Below are positions 46,927 to 58,325 of a DNA stretch of 64,000 nucleotides, piece after piece. The notes under the pieces were generated by a model, which was not told the origin of the DNA, did not search any database, and saw only the letters and a list, made by a program, of their open reading frames with translations. The stretch lies in contig JAMOUJ010000006.1 of assembly GCA_027068075.1 (NCBI GenBank), positions 218,706 through 282,705 on the forward strand, in the 5' to 3' direction. Made by a program: the position numbers and the translations under genes. The number at the start of each line of letters is the position of its first letter. The stretch's first letter is position 1. This DNA comes from Candidatus Aminicenantes bacterium. GTDB taxonomy: Bacteria > Acidobacteriota > Aminicenantia > S016-38.

Positions 46927-47459
46927 TATTCAACGAAAACCCGGGAATCCCCGGTGGAAAAGACCTTCACTCCAGGAAACAGGGCAAAACTCAGGTAAAC
47001 CTGGTAAAGGCTGGGCTGGTCCACCCTTTGTCTCCAGTATCTGAACCCCGTGGAAACCCTCAAATCCAGGAAGTATCTCCGCCGGTCCAGAAGCCGTGCC
47101 CTCTTGCTGGAGAAGGACAGGTCAAATAATTTTTCCTCTCCGCTCTGGAAGTATCCGATGGAGGTTCCGCCCAGGTAGAGGACCAGGAGTCTGCGGGAGG
47201 CCCCTTCGGTGAAGGGGGATGAAAAATTTATCCACCGAAGGCCCACGCCTATTCCGGCGAAGGTTATTCCCCCTCCTATCTCGGTCTGCTTGAGGAAACT
47301 AAATTCCACACTGGGAAGTTTCTCGTCCAACAATTTGCCCCGGGCATGGAAAAAGGAAAGCCCCAGGCCCAGATCAAGGAACCCCTCTATGTTCTCCCCC
47401 AGGGCCGGAGGAAGAAGCAGAAGGAGTCCCAGGACTAAGACCAGTAATTTTCCTCTCAT
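46926..47459 (-). CDS. Secreted small beta-barrel-like outer-membrane protein (hypothetical)
   Basis: Signal peptide 'MRGKLLVLVLGLLLLLPPALG'. Alternating amphipathic strands, Gly-rich. Confidence 0.4.
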   Translation of the reverse strand: MRGKLLVLVLGLLLLLPPALGENIEGFLDLGLGLSFFHARGKLLDEKLPSVEFSFLKQTEIGGGITFAGIGVGLRWINFSSPFTEGASRRLLVLYLGGTSIGYFQSGEEKLFDLSFSSKRARLLDRRRYFLDLRVSTGFRYWRQRVDQPSLYQVYLSFALFPGVKVFSTGDSRVFVE

Positions 47460-47471
47460 AAACCAATGATA

Positions 47472-49232
47472 TCACACCTCAATTTCTTCCCACAGGGTCA
47501 TGACTTCCTTCAGGAGTTCCACCCCTTCCAGGAGAAGGAATCCGGCGGTGGTTATCTTTTCGTCCTTGGAGAAATGGGATATTTTGGCCTGGGTTAGGGT
47601 TTTTTCAAAGATCTCAGGATCCAGACCGGAGACCTTCTCCGCTTCCTTGAGATTTACCCTTCCCTTTTCGTCGGTGGCCTCCCTGGCAGCCAGGAGAAAT
47701 CTTACCAGATGCGGGGTCACATGGAACTCTATCCCGTCGGGAACGGCGGAAATGGCCCTCTTTATCCTTTCACCTGCCTCGGTTAGGCGGTAAAAGCCTC
47801 CGGGCAGGGCGTCTATAAGGGATTGTCCCACGAGTTTTCTCAGGGCTGAGCGGACATGTTCCTCCTCACGGGGGGGGAACTTGGCCAGGAGCCAGGGTTC
47901 AAACACCCCCCTCCAGAGGGGCATGGATTTCAGGACCCTGGCCTCAAAGGCGGAAATCATGGGGAGCCTTTCAATGGAACTGGCCAACTGGGCGAAGAAC
48001 CTTCCGGACTTGCTGGGGAAGCCGTTTCCCAGGAGGCCCTGCTCCTCCGCCTTTGCTACCCAGGAGTCCCCCGGGGAGAGGTTCTCCATTCTGGTGGTGG
48101 TTATGGCCATTACTGCGGTGGCGGAAACTTCCTTTTTCCCGTGCTGTTTCCTGTCCTGAAAAACCTTTTCACCCCATTCTGTAAATTCGTAGACCAGTTC
48201 TCCCCTTTCACCTATCCACGAGTGGAGCATTCTGTAACTTTCCAGGAGATATAAAGAATAGGAAACCTTCCACGGGGTTATGGAGTGTTCGTCCTCCGCC
48301 TTTTTCCTTATCTGGGAATAACTGGGATATATTTCGGGATTCGCTTCGTGGGTTTTCCAGAGACCCTCAATTATCTCCAGGATGGTCAGGTCCTGGGTGT
48401 CAATGTCTATGGATGGGTTCACCGTTATCGGTTCCACATAGAGAAGTTGGGCGGCCTTCAGAAGGTGATCGCCGGCGGGAAGGAGGTTTCCTTTGCCGTC
48501 CAGGGCCCCCATGAGCATAAGTTTTTCCCGGAGTTCTCCCCCGGGATCCCTCTCCAGAAGGGAAACGAGGATTTCGTCGGTAAGGGGAAAGTTCACCGCC
48601 GCCCCTTTGAGGAGTCCAGCCCTTATCTGCTGACCTGGCCCGGTAAGGGAGTAGTTGTTGCCGTGGGGAAGGGAGAAGGTGAGCAGGCCCATGGCCTCCA
48701 GTTGCATTATTTTCTCCCTGGTGAGGGGAAGGAAGGATTTTTTGCCCGGTCCCGGAGGGGTCTTCCTGAGTTTTTCCGCCAGGGCCGGGGAAATGAAAAC
48801 CCTGGACTCCGCTATTTTGTAAGCCTGAAGCAGGGATTCTCCCAGGGGAAGAAGTTTTCCGTCCCTGGCCAGTCCCCTTCTTTGAAGGGCAGAGGAGATT
48901 TCCTCCTGGAGGGAAATGTCCCCCTGGCTGAGAACCGCTATCTCCAGCATGGAGATTACCTCGGAGCCCACGAATCGGAAGTCCTCCTCCCAGTCCTCCA
49001 CGGGTCCCAGGGTTTCTTCGCATTCCCGGATGGCCTCGGATACCATGTGGCCGGCCTGGGTGAGGGAATATACCCCTTCCTCCTCGGTGAGGAGTCCCTC
49101 CAGGTCCAGGTGAAATAAATATTCTATGTCCTCGTCGGTCAGTTTATCCAGGACCCGGTCCAATTCTATGCCCTGGTCCCATTTTTCTGCCATTCTCTTT
49201 ATCAGGGCTGCGTGCTTTTTCAGAATTATCAT
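47472..49232 (-). CDS. Large acidic hypothetical protein built of repeated winged-helix-like units
   Basis: 586 aa with at least 5 recurrences of '...GLL....G.Y.LT.AG...' (YSLTQAGHMV, YSLTGPGQQI, NLLPAGDHLL, YRLTEAGERI, KITTAGFLLL), resembling MarR/PadR wings. Confidence 0.45.
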   Translation of the reverse strand: MIILKKHAALIKRMAEKWDQGIELDRVLDKLTDEDIEYLFHLDLEGLLTEEEGVYSLTQAGHMVSEAIRECEETLGPVEDWEEDFRFVGSEVISMLEIAVLSQGDISLQEEISSALQRRGLARDGKLLPLGESLLQAYKIAESRVFISPALAEKLRKTPPGPGKKSFLPLTREKIMQLEAMGLLTFSLPHGNNYSLTGPGQQIRAGLLKGAAVNFPLTDEILVSLLERDPGGELREKLMLMGALDGKGNLLPAGDHLLKAAQLLYVEPITVNPSIDIDTQDLTILEIIEGLWKTHEANPEIYPSYSQIRKKAEDEHSITPWKVSYSLYLLESYRMLHSWIGERGELVYEFTEWGEKVFQDRKQHGKKEVSATAVMAITTTRMENLSPGDSWVAKAEEQGLLGNGFPSKSGRFFAQLASSIERLPMISAFEARVLKSMPLWRGVFEPWLLAKFPPREEEHVRSALRKLVGQSLIDALPGGFYRLTEAGERIKRAISAVPDGIEFHVTPHLVRFLLAAREATDEKGRVNLKEAEKVSGLDPEIFEKTLTQAKISHFSKDEKITTAGFLLLEGVELLKEVMTLWEEIEV

Positions 49233-49279
49233 GGTGACCTCCTTGTGGAATTTATCCAGAATAAATTATAAGGGAATTG

Positions 49280-50230
49280 TCAAAAGGTCTTTTCCCATCG
49301 GATCTCTATTTTCTGGTAGGGAACCCAGACGCCGTCCACCCATCCGCTGGCAAGGGTAAAGGCGAGGTTAAACCCTTTGAGGAAGACCTCCTTCCTGTAA
49401 CCCAGCCATGTTAAATTGTTGCCCCGGTAAAGGGGGTCCCCGTCCTGATGGTAGAAATTCCTTCCCCACCAACGGCTAAGGAAGACCTCCCCATATTTTC
49501 CCGAGAGGGAAAGGAGGGCTTCGGTTCCCCTGCCGGTAAATCTTGAGGGTTTCCACCGATCCGGTATGTAGTAGGAAAGGAACCGGGCAGCGGAGAGGTT
49601 CACCGTTCCCAGGGGGGTGGGAAGTTTAACTCCGGCTCTCCCCATGAAGGCCATGTCGTCCTGGGGACCTACATGATGCTCCATGTACTCCCCTCCGAAG
49701 TGGACATAGTGATACTGGAAGGAGGCAAAGACCCCACCGCTTTCCAGCCGAAGTTTCAGCCCCACATCAAAATTCTCCTGGACCAGTTTTTTCATTTCCC
49801 TTTCCCAGTTTATCCAAACTTCCCCCTGGAGGGTTTTGCGTTTGTAGGACAACTGAAATCCCCTCTCCGCCGGCCTTTCGTAATAGAGGGCGTCAAAGTA
49901 TAGGGCCCTGTGGAGACCATGGAATTTACGGAGGTTTCCGAAGCGAAAACTGAACTCTCTGGAGGGCGAAAAGACCACCGCCAGATAGGGGAGGATCCTT
50001 CTGTCTCCACCGTAGAACCTCCACAGCAGGGCTCCGGCCTCGGCCTTTACCGCAGAATTGATTTTTATGGAAAAATACCCCTGAATCCAGTCTCCGAAGA
50101 AGGTTCTGCCGTCGTAGTAGGGGTTGGATTTGTATTCAAAATTGTAAAAAAGGGAATAATTTTCCAGGGAGAAGTTCACCCCGGCCATCATCAACCAGGA
50201 GGAAAGAAGAATAAACGGGATTTTCCTCAT
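49280..50230 (-). CDS. Outer-membrane beta-barrel protein (hypothetical)
   Basis: Signal peptide 'MRKIPFILLSSWLMMAG'. Aromatic-rich alternating strands. C-terminal '...RWEKTF' ends in Phe. Confidence 0.5.
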   Translation of the reverse strand: MRKIPFILLSSWLMMAGVNFSLENYSLFYNFEYKSNPYYDGRTFFGDWIQGYFSIKINSAVKAEAGALLWRFYGGDRRILPYLAVVFSPSREFSFRFGNLRKFHGLHRALYFDALYYERPAERGFQLSYKRKTLQGEVWINWEREMKKLVQENFDVGLKLRLESGGVFASFQYHYVHFGGEYMEHHVGPQDDMAFMGRAGVKLPTPLGTVNLSAARFLSYYIPDRWKPSRFTGRGTEALLSLSGKYGEVFLSRWWGRNFYHQDGDPLYRGNNLTWLGYRKEVFLKGFNLAFTLASGWVDGVWVPYQKIEIRWEKTF

Positions 50231-50345
50231 GAAGGAGCCATTATAAACCATGGTTTTTTTTCAAGTCAACGCTACCCCCTTTCCCCTGAGGGTTGACTTT
50301 TGCCAGGGGAGTATAGAAAATATAACTTTAACAGGAGGAGAGAAG

Positions 50346-53096
50346 ATGCTTGATCCCAAGGAACTCAAAAAGACCCTGAACCTGCCGAAGACCGAGTTTC
50401 CCATGAAGGCTTCCCTGCCCCGCCGGGAGCCTGAGATACTGAAGAAGTGGACCGAAATGAAACTTTACCAGCGAATACGAAAGGAAAGGGAGGGACGGCC
50501 CAAGTTTATACTCCACGACGGCCCTCCTTACGCCAACGGAAGAATACACCTTGGGCACGCCCTGAATAAAATCCTCAAGGACTTTGTGGTGAAGTCCTAT
50601 TCCATGATGGGCTACGATGCCCCCTATGTTCCCGGATGGGACTGCCACGGCCTGCCCATTGAGATAAAGGTGGAAAACCGCATAGGAAGGCTGGAGGACA
50701 AGGCGAAGTTTCGCCGGGAATGCAAAAAATACGCCGAGAAGTATGTGGGCCTCCAGAGGGACGAGTTCATAAGGCTGGGGGTTCTGGGGGATTGGGAGAA
50801 TCCCTACCTCACCATGGACCCCGAATACGAGGCGGAAATAATCAGGCACATAAAGGGATTTTTCCAGAGGGGTGAGGTTTACAGGGCCAGGAAGCCCGTA
50901 TACTGGTGCCCCCATTGTAAAACCGCCCTGGCGGAGGCCGAAATAGAATATCACGACCACAAATCCCCGTCCATTTATGTGAAGTTTCCCCTCCTTGAGC
51001 CGGAGAAACTTTCACCTTCCCTGGAGGGAAAGAGGGTGTTCGTGGTCATCTGGACCACCACCCCCTGGACCCTTCCGGCCAATCTGGCCATAGCCCTACA
51101 CCCAGACTACGATTACGGGGTTTTCCGCCACGGAGACGAGTACTACATCCTTGCCAGGTTGCTGGCCCCTGTGGTGGAGGAGGAACTGGGAGCGTCCTTT
51201 GAACTGGTCCACAAATTTGAAGGAAAGGAATTGGAGGGCTTCCGGGCCAGGCATCCGTTTCTTGACAGGGAGAGCGTGATAGTCCTGGCGGATTATGTAA
51301 CCCTGGAGCAGGGAACGGGATGCGTTCACATAGCCCCGGGCCACGGGGAGGAGGACTATCAGACCGGGCTTAAATACGGCCTGGAGGTGCTTTCTCCGGT
51401 GGACGACGAGGGAAGATTCACCGGGGAGGTGGAATTTTTGAAAGGCAAGACGGTATGGGAAGCCAATCCCATAGTCCTGGAGGTTCTCAGGGAAAGGGGG
51501 ATGCTTCTGGCCCAGGGGGAGATAAGCCATTCCTATCCCCACTGCTGGAGATGTAAGGGGCCCGTGATTTTCCGGGCTACTCCCCAGTGGTTCATTTCCA
51601 TGGACAGGGCCGGGCTGAGGAAAAGGGCCTTAGAGGAGATAAAAAAGGTCCGCTGGATTCCATCCTGGGGCGAGGAAAGGATCTCCAACATGATAGAAAA
51701 CAGACCCGATTGGTGTATTTCCCGGCAGAGGAGTTGGGGAGTTCCCATTCCGGTTTTCTACTGTAAGAACTGCGGAGAACCCCTGACGAAGCCGGAGGTC
51801 ATGGACCGGGTGGCGGAGGTCTTTGAAGGGGAGGGTTCCGATGCCTGGTTCTCCCATCCTCCCCAATACTTTATTCCCCAGGGCGTGAAGTGCGAAAAAT
51901 GCGGTGGGAGGGAATTCGTCAAGGAAAACGACATCGTGGATGTGTGGTTTGAATCGGGAACATCCCACGCCATCCTCAAGCATAGGCCTGACCACCGCTG
52001 GCCCGCCGATGTTTACCTGGAGGGCAACGACCAGTACAGGGGATGGTTCCACAGTTCCCTTCTGGTGGCCCTGGCCAACGAGGGGGAAAGCCCCTACAGG
52101 CAGGTTATTACCCACGGATGGGTTCTGGACGAGCACGGCAGGGCCATGTCCAAATCCATGGGCAATGTTATAGAGCCCGGGGAGATAATAAAAGATTACG
52201 GGGCGGAAATTCTCCGCCTATGGGTGGCCTTTCTGGACTACACGGAGGATGTGAAATTGGGGGAAAACATCCTCCAGCGACTCACCGAGGCCTATCGTAA
52301 GATGAGGAACACCTGGAGGTTCATGCTGGGAAACCTGAGGGATTTCGTCCCGGAAAAGGACTCCGTGGAAGAAGACCAGTTTCTCCCTTCCGACAGGTTC
52401 ATCCTGACTAAATTCAGACGGCTGGTGGAAAGGGTCAAGAAACTTTACGAAAACTATCAGTATTACAAGATAGCCCACCTCCTCTACGATTTCTTCACCG
52501 TGGATCTCAGTTCCTTTTACCTGGACATAACCAAGGACCGGCTTTACTGTTCGGCGCCGGCCTCCCCCGGGAGAAGGGCAGCCCAGACGGCCATATTTGA
52601 AATGGCCAGGGACAGCATGAGGCTTCTGGCTCCCATCCTCTCCTTTACCTCCGAGGAGGCCTGGGAGCATCTTCCGGAATTCCCGGAGAAAAAACCTTCG
52701 GTTCACCTGGAGTTTTTCCCTCCAGCCCTTCCTTCACTCCTTTCCCAGGAGGAGGAAAGGGATTGGGAGGTTCTCATGAAATACAGGGACCTGGCCAACA
52801 AGGCCCTGGATCAGGCCAGGAAGGAGGGCTTTATAGGGAACTCCCTGGAGGCTTCCCTGGTGTTTTACGCCCCGGCGGAGGAAAGGAAGGTCCTGGAAAA
52901 ATATTCCTCCCACTTCCTGGAGATATTCATCGTCTCCTCCTGGAAAATAGAGGAAGGCGAGGAAAGGGTGGAGGTGGAGAAGGCTCCGGGCAAGAAATGC
53001 GAGCGCTGCTGGGTTTATCATCCCGAGGTGGGCAAGGACCCGGAATACCCCAACCTCTGCCCCAGGTGTGTAGCGGTGGTTAAGGAGTTGATTTGA
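50346..53096 (+). CDS. ileS: Isoleucine--tRNA ligase
   Basis: HIGH motif '[14 protein letters not shown]', KMSKS motif 'KMSKS'->'AMSKSMGN', C-terminal zinc-finger cysteines. Start at 'MLDPKEL' after GGAGGAG. Confidence 0.95.
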   Translation: MLDPKELKKTLNLPKTEFPMKASLPRREPEILKKWTEMKLYQRIRKEREGRPKFILHDGPPYANGRIHLGHALNKILKDFVVKSYSMMGYDAPYVPGWDCHGLPIEIKVENRIGRLEDKAKFRRECKKYAEKYVGLQRDEFIRLGVLGDWENPYLTMDPEYEAEIIRHIKGFFQRGEVYRARKPVYWCPHCKTALAEAEIEYHDHKSPSIYVKFPLLEPEKLSPSLEGKRVFVVIWTTTPWTLPANLAIALHPDYDYGVFRHGDEYYILARLLAPVVEEELGASFELVHKFEGKELEGFRARHPFLDRESVIVLADYVTLEQGTGCVHIAPGHGEEDYQTGLKYGLEVLSPVDDEGRFTGEVEFLKGKTVWEANPIVLEVLRERGMLLAQGEISHSYPHCWRCKGPVIFRATPQWFISMDRAGLRKRALEEIKKVRWIPSWGEERISNMIENRPDWCISRQRSWGVPIPVFYCKNCGEPLTKPEVMDRVAEVFEGEGSDAWFSHPPQYFIPQGVKCEKCGGREFVKENDIVDVWFESGTSHAILKHRPDHRWPADVYLEGNDQYRGWFHSSLLVALANEGESPYRQVITHGWVLDEHGRAMSKSMGNVIEPGEIIKDYGAEILRLWVAFLDYTEDVKLGENILQRLTEAYRKMRNTWRFMLGNLRDFVPEKDSVEEDQFLPSDRFILTKFRRLVERVKKLYENYQYYKIAHLLYDFFTVDLSSFYLDITKDRLYCSAPASPGRRAAQTAIFEMARDSMRLLAPILSFTSEEAWEHLPEFPEKKPSVHLEFFPPALPSLLSQEEERDWEVLMKYRDLANKALDQARKEGFIGNSLEASLVFYAPAEERKVLEKYSSHFLEIFIVSSWKIEEGEERVEVEKAPGKKCERCWVYHPEVGKDPEYPNLCPRCVAVVKELI

Positions 53097-53575
53097 GACT
53101 GAGCAGGGCCCTGATGCTTATCCTCCTTCTTCTGGGGGTGGATCAGTATAGCAAATGGCTGGTTTCCCAGCACATTCCACCCTGGAGGGTGGTGAAACTT
53201 ACCTCCTTTTTGAACCTGGTGAATGTAAGGAATCGGGGTATGGTCTTCGGGTTTTTGTCCGATTCCCGGAACCCCGTGGTTTTCTGGATCATTACCCTGG
53301 CTTCCCTGGCCGCCGCCGTGTTCGTTCTCTACCTTTTTTTCCGGGAAAAGTCCAGGGTTGCCAGATTTTCCCTTTCCCTGATAATCGCCGGAGCCCTGGG
53401 GAACCTCCTGAACCGGTTTACACAGGGGAGCGTTTTAGACTTCATTGACCTGCACTGGGGGAAGTATCACTGGCCCGTTTTCAACTTCGCCGACGCCTGC
53501 ATAACCGTGGGTTCGGCGGTGTTCATCGTATACCTTCTCTTAAAGGGAGGTGAAGATGTATCCCATACTGGTTAA
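53093..53575 (+). CDS. lspA: Lipoprotein signal peptidase (signal peptidase II)
   Basis: 'NRGMVFGF', 'FNFADACI' conserved LspA boxes. 4 TM segments. Confidence 0.9.
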   Translation: MRLSRALMLILLLLGVDQYSKWLVSQHIPPWRVVKLTSFLNLVNVRNRGMVFGFLSDSRNPVVFWIITLASLAAAVFVLYLFFREKSRVARFSLSLIIAGALGNLLNRFTQGSVLDFIDLHWGKYHWPVFNFADACITVGSAVFIVYLLLKGGEDVSHTG

Positions 53576-54350
53576 GATAGGACCTCTGACGGTTTACGGC
53601 TACGGCTTCTGGATAGCCGTGGGGCTTCTGGTGGGTTTCTGGGTCATGGGGAAGGAGGCGAAGAGGCAGGGGCTTCCCCACAACACCGTGGTTAACATAG
53701 CCTTCTGGACGGTGATTTTCGCCTTTATGGTTTCCAAGGTGGGTCTCCTTCTGGTAGACCCGGGATACTATACTTCCAACCTGAAGGAATTGCTCCGCTC
53801 CGGCGGGGTTTTTTACGCCGGTCTCATAGGGGGGCTTGTTTTCGTGGTGGTGGCCCTGAAGGTTAAAAAACTTCCATTCTGGAAGGTAATGGACATCTAC
53901 GCCATGGTCATTCCCCTGGGCCACGCCTTCGGACGGCAGGGGTGTTTTTCCGCCGGGTGTTGTTACGGCAGGCCCACGGATGTGCCCTGGGGTGTAGTTT
54001 TTCACAGTGAGTTCGCCCATCGGCATGTGGGAACCCCCCTGGGGGTGAAAATTCACCCGGTCCAACTCTACGAGTCCTTCCTGAACTTCATACTTTTCGG
54101 CATCCTATATTACATCATGAGAAGGAAGAAGAAATTTGACGGGGAAATATCCGCCCTTTACCTCATCGGATACGGGCTCATAAGGTTCCACGATGAATAT
54201 TACCGGGGAGACCCTGGAAGGGGATGGATAATCCACGGAAACTCCGTGTGGACCTCCCTTTCCGTGCCCCAGTTCATAAGCCTTCTCTTGATTCTCGCCG
54301 GAATAATAATATTTCTCGTCCGAAGGAGGCATGGGGAAAATAACCGCTGA
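53550..54350 (+). CDS. lgt: Prolipoprotein diacylglyceryl transferase
   Basis: 'GHAFGRQGCFSAGCCYG' Lgt signature. 266 aa. Confidence 0.9.
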   Translation: MKMYPILVKIGPLTVYGYGFWIAVGLLVGFWVMGKEAKRQGLPHNTVVNIAFWTVIFAFMVSKVGLLLVDPGYYTSNLKELLRSGGVFYAGLIGGLVFVVVALKVKKLPFWKVMDIYAMVIPLGHAFGRQGCFSAGCCYGRPTDVPWGVVFHSEFAHRHVGTPLGVKIHPVQLYESFLNFILFGILYYIMRRKKKFDGEISALYLIGYGLIRFHDEYYRGDPGRGWIIHGNSVWTSLSVPQFISLLLILAGIIIFLVRRRHGENNR

Positions 54351-55260
54351 ACTTGAGGTGGAACACGAAGGGAGGCTTGACCAATATCTGGCCTCCCGAT
54401 TGGAACTTTCCAGGTCCAGGGTTCAGAAACTCATAAAATCCGGCAGGGTCCTCGTAAACGGCCGACCGGCCCGTCCATCCCATCGCCTGAGGGTAGGGGA
54501 CAGGATCACCGTGGATGTGGAAGAGGAAGCGGGAGGGCCCGAGCCTGCGGATGTTCATTTTTCCGTAATCCACGAAGACCCCCAGATTATGGTGGTGGAC
54601 AAGCCCTCGGGGTTGACCGTTCATCCGGCCCCGGGGATAAGGGAGGCCACCCTGGTGAACGGCCTTTTGAAGTTGAGGCCTGAGATCAGTGGGGTGGGGA
54701 GCATAGAGCGTCCGGGAATAGTCCACCGCCTGGATAAGGATACCTCCGGGGTGATGGTGGTGGCGAAAACCCCGGAGGCTTATCTTGCCCTCCAGAGACA
54801 GTTTCAGGAAAGGTTGGTGAAGAAAAGTTACATAGCCATAGTGGAGGGGGAGCCTCCTCCCCGGGGGGAGATTCCCTTTTCCATCGGGAGGGATCCCCAC
54901 CGCCCCGGGAGGTTCTCCGTGGGGGCCCATTCCACCCGGGAGGCTTACACCGAGTTTTTAAAGATAGTCCAGAGGGGAGGGTATGCGGTCCTCCTGGTGT
55001 GTCCCCGCACGGGAAGAACCCATCAGATAAGGGTTCACCTTTCCTTCGCCGGATATCCCATAGCCGGAGACCCCCTCTACGGTAATCCTCCGGGGCCCAT
55101 AGGAAGACTTGCCCTGCACGCCTACTGTCTTTCCTTTATCCATCCCGAAACGGGAAAGAGGGTGAGGTTCTGTTCCCCTGTACCCCGGGAGTTCGCCTCC
55201 TTCGTGGAGGATGTTAAATTTCCCCGCTTTTGTTCCGGGGAGAGTTCTACGGAGAACTGA
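54331..55260 (+). CDS. rluD: RluA/RluD-family 23S rRNA pseudouridine synthase
   Basis: S4 domain 'RLDQYLASRL', catalytic 'VHRLDKDTSGVMVVAKT'. Confidence 0.85.
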   Translation: MGKITAELEVEHEGRLDQYLASRLELSRSRVQKLIKSGRVLVNGRPARPSHRLRVGDRITVDVEEEAGGPEPADVHFSVIHEDPQIMVVDKPSGLTVHPAPGIREATLVNGLLKLRPEISGVGSIERPGIVHRLDKDTSGVMVVAKTPEAYLALQRQFQERLVKKSYIAIVEGEPPPRGEIPFSIGRDPHRPGRFSVGAHSTREAYTEFLKIVQRGGYAVLLVCPRTGRTHQIRVHLSFAGYPIAGDPLYGNPPGPIGRLALHAYCLSFIHPETGKRVRFCSPVPREFASFVEDVKFPRFCSGESSTEN

Positions 55261-55264
55261 AAAC

Positions 55265-57430
55265 TCACCTGTCAAAGAGGGAAGGGAAGAAGTTTTCCCA
55301 ATCTTTCTTTAACTCCTCCAGGGGCAGGTCTATTTTCTTTCGTCCGTTTACATAGGCCGTAAGCCTTTCGCCCTTTACCAGGCCGATTTTTTTCACCGGA
55401 ACCTCCGCCTCCAGGTCGCCGGAGGCAAAGACCAGGGCTCTGGAGGGACTTTCCCCGAAGAGGAAGTAAACTTCTTCGTCCTCCGTTTCTATGGAGAGTT
55501 CGGCGCCCATCCCTATGTGGAAAAGGGCCTCCGCCAGGTTGGGAAGAAGCCCTCCAGGTGAAAGGTCCACGGCGTAGGCGAACCTTCCTTCCCTGGCAAG
55601 ATGTATCAGTTCCCTCTGGAGGAGCCTTTCCCTTTCCAGGTTTATTTCCGGAGGCCTTCCACCCTCCTCTCCCAGAACCACCTTTAAATAAAGGGAAGAG
55701 CCCAGGTCCCTGCCGGTCCAGCCCAGGAGGAATATCCCCATGCCTTCCTCCACACGCCCGGGCCTGGGGATGACCATGTAGTCCTCCACCAGGCCCACGG
55801 CTCCTATGGTCACCGTGGGGGGGATGGCCTTTCCCTGGGTCTCGTTGTAAAAACTCACATTTCCCCCGGTTACTGGAACTTCAAAGAACTCCAGGGCTCT
55901 CTTCATCCCTTCCACCGTGGCCACGAACTGCCCCATGATGTCAGGTTTTTCCGGATTCCCGAAGTTGAGGCAGTTGGTTATACCCAGGGGCTCCGCCCCC
56001 AGGCAGGCCAGGTTCCTGAAGGCCTCGGCCACCGTGAGCACCGCCGCCCCCTCCGGATTGGCCCTTCCCCACCCGGGGTTGGCGTCAATGGTGAGGGCTA
56101 TGCCCTCCTTCTGTCCCTTTATTTTCAGCACCGCCGCTCCGGCCCCCGGGAGGAGAACGGTGTTGGTCTGCACCATGTGGTCGTATTGCTGGTAAATCCA
56201 TCGGCGGGAGGCCATGTGCGGGGAGGAAAGAATCCTCTTCAGGGCATCTTCCCAGTCCCTTTCCCGGGTCCAGGACTCCTTCCAGGTCTCGTCGGGGTTC
56301 GGTTTTTTGTAGGGTCTTTCGTAGGCCGGGGCATCGCTGGCCAAGGATTTTACCGGCACATCCGCCACCATCTCCCCGTGCCAGAAGGCTCTGAATCTGT
56401 CCCCTTCGGTGGTTTTTCCCACCACCACGGCGTCTATTCCCCACTTATCAAATACGGCCTTTATTTCCTCTTCCTTACCTTCCCTGGCCACCATGAGCAT
56501 TCTTTCCTGGGATTCGGAGAGGAGGATTTCGTAGGGGGTCATCCCTTCCTCCCTCAGGGGAACCCTGTCCAGATACAGGTCCACCCCCACTCCGCTTTTT
56601 GAAGCCATTTCCGAGGAGGAAGAAGTAAGCCCCGCTGCCCCCATGTCCTGAATTCCCACGATGAGGTCCCTTTCCATGACTTCCAAGGTGGCCTCCAGAA
56701 GGAGTTTTTCCCTGAAGGGGTCACCCACCTGAACATTTACCTTCTTGTGTTCGGTTTCCTCACCGAATTCCGCCGAAGCCATGGTGGCTCCGTGGATTCC
56801 GTCCCTGCCCGTGGGAGCCCCGGCGTAAATGAGGGAGAGTCCGGGTTTTCCCGCCCTGGCGTAAAATATTTTTTCCTTCTCCGCTATCCCCACGCACATC
56901 ACATTTACCAGGGGATTGTGGGAGAATTCCTCCTCAAAATCCACTTCCCCCCCCACGGTGGGAACGCCCACCGGGTTTCCGTAGCCGGCGATTCCGCTCA
57001 CCACTCCCTCCATAATGGCCCGGTTGGAGGGCCTTTCCAGGGGTCCGAAGTGGAGGGAGTCCAGCAGGGCCACCGGCCTCGCTCCCATGGTGAAGACATC
57101 CCTGAGTATTCCACCCACCCCCGTGGCAGCCCCCTGGTAGGGTTCTACGAAGGAGGGGTGGTTGTGGGATTCCACCTTGAATACCACCGCCTTCCCCGCC
57201 GCCTCAACTACGCCGGCGTTTTCTCCGGGTCCCTGAATCAGGTATTTACCGCGGGTGGGAAGTTTTTTCAGGTGAATTCTGGAACTTTTGTAGGAGCAGT
57301 GCTCCGACCACATAACGGAAAAAAGCCCCAGTTCCACCAGGTTGGGTTCCCTGCCCAGAATAGATTTTATCCGTTCGTATTCTTCCCTGGTGAGATTGTG
57401 TTCTTCCAGGAGTTTTTCAAGGTTTTTCAT
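55265..57430 (-). CDS. purL: Phosphoribosylformylglycinamidine synthase subunit PurL
   Basis: 721 aa small-PurL architecture. '[16 protein letters not shown]' N-terminal signature. Confidence 0.95.
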   Translation of the reverse strand: MKNLEKLLEEHNLTREEYERIKSILGREPNLVELGLFSVMWSEHCSYKSSRIHLKKLPTRGKYLIQGPGENAGVVEAAGKAVVFKVESHNHPSFVEPYQGAATGVGGILRDVFTMGARPVALLDSLHFGPLERPSNRAIMEGVVSGIAGYGNPVGVPTVGGEVDFEEEFSHNPLVNVMCVGIAEKEKIFYARAGKPGLSLIYAGAPTGRDGIHGATMASAEFGEETEHKKVNVQVGDPFREKLLLEATLEVMERDLIVGIQDMGAAGLTSSSSEMASKSGVGVDLYLDRVPLREEGMTPYEILLSESQERMLMVAREGKEEEIKAVFDKWGIDAVVVGKTTEGDRFRAFWHGEMVADVPVKSLASDAPAYERPYKKPNPDETWKESWTRERDWEDALKRILSSPHMASRRWIYQQYDHMVQTNTVLLPGAGAAVLKIKGQKEGIALTIDANPGWGRANPEGAAVLTVAEAFRNLACLGAEPLGITNCLNFGNPEKPDIMGQFVATVEGMKRALEFFEVPVTGGNVSFYNETQGKAIPPTVTIGAVGLVEDYMVIPRPGRVEEGMGIFLLGWTGRDLGSSLYLKVVLGEEGGRPPEINLERERLLQRELIHLAREGRFAYAVDLSPGGLLPNLAEALFHIGMGAELSIETEDEEVYFLFGESPSRALVFASGDLEAEVPVKKIGLVKGERLTAYVNGRKKIDLPLEELKKDWENFFPSLFDR

Positions 57431-58110
57431 GATTCCCTCACATATCTGGCCGCCGAAAGGAACATCCTCAGCCCGTCGGTGGAGCCCAACTCCGCCTCGG
57501 AGGCCCTTTCCGGATGGGGCATGAGCCCCATAACATTTCCCCGGGGATTTATTATCCCGGCGATGTCGTTAAGGGAGCCGTTGGGATTTTTAAGGTACCG
57601 GAATACCACCCCCCTTCTCCCTTCCAGTTCCGCCAGCGCCCGGGGTTCTGCGAAGTAATTTCCGTCTATGTGGGCGATGGGCATCCTTATCCTTTCTCCC
57701 CTCTGGTAGAGGAGGGTGAAGGGGGTTTCGTCGTTTTCCACCACCAGGTCCTCAAACCGACATATGAACCTCAGACCCCGGTTTCTCAGCATGGCCCCGG
57801 GAAGAAGTCCTGCCTCCAGGAGGATTTGAAATCCGTTGCATATCCCTAAGACCAGGCCGCCCTCCTCGGCAAATTCCCGCACGGCTTCCATAATAGGTGA
57901 AAACCTCGCTATGGCCCCGCTCCGGAGGTAGTCCCCGTAGGAAAAACCTCCGGGTAAGACCACCACCCGGGAGCCTTTCAGGTCCCTTTCGCCGTGCCAC
58001 AGGTAAACGACTTCCTCCCCGGCCACATCCTGGATCACATGGTAGGTGTCCCGGTCGCAGTTGGTCCCGGGAAAGACCACCACCCCGAACCTTACTTTTC
58101 TATTTCCCAT
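57427..58110 (-). CDS. purQ: Phosphoribosylformylglycinamidine synthase glutaminase subunit PurQ
   Basis: '[15 protein letters not shown]' with the catalytic Cys in '[10 protein letters not shown]'. 227 aa. Confidence 0.9.
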   Translation of the reverse strand: MGNRKVRFGVVVFPGTNCDRDTYHVIQDVAGEEVVYLWHGERDLKGSRVVVLPGGFSYGDYLRSGAIARFSPIMEAVREFAEEGGLVLGICNGFQILLEAGLLPGAMLRNRGLRFICRFEDLVVENDETPFTLLYQRGERIRMPIAHIDGNYFAEPRALAELEGRRGVVFRYLKNPNGSLNDIAGIINPRGNVMGLMPHPERASEAELGSTDGLRMFLSAARYVRES

Positions 58111-58325
58111 CGGAAATCCTCTATGACGGGATTGGAAAGAACCTTCCTGGCTATTTCCTCAATGACCTTTTCCGGGTTTTCATCCTCCAGGTCAATGTAG
58201 AAGACCTTTCCCTGACGAACTTCCTTTACGGTCTCGTATCCCAGGGTATGGAGGGCCCTTTTTATGGTCTCGCCCTGGGGGTCAAGGACCTCCGGTTTCA
58301 AGAAGACTTCAATTTTCGCTTTCAT
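58092..58325 (-). CDS. purS: PurS subunit of FGAM synthase
   Basis: 77 aa. '[18 protein letters not shown]' typical PurS. Confidence 0.85.
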   Translation of the reverse strand: MKAKIEVFLKPEVLDPQGETIKRALHTLGYETVKEVRQGKVFYIDLEDENPEKVIEEIARKVLSNPVIEDFRWEIEK

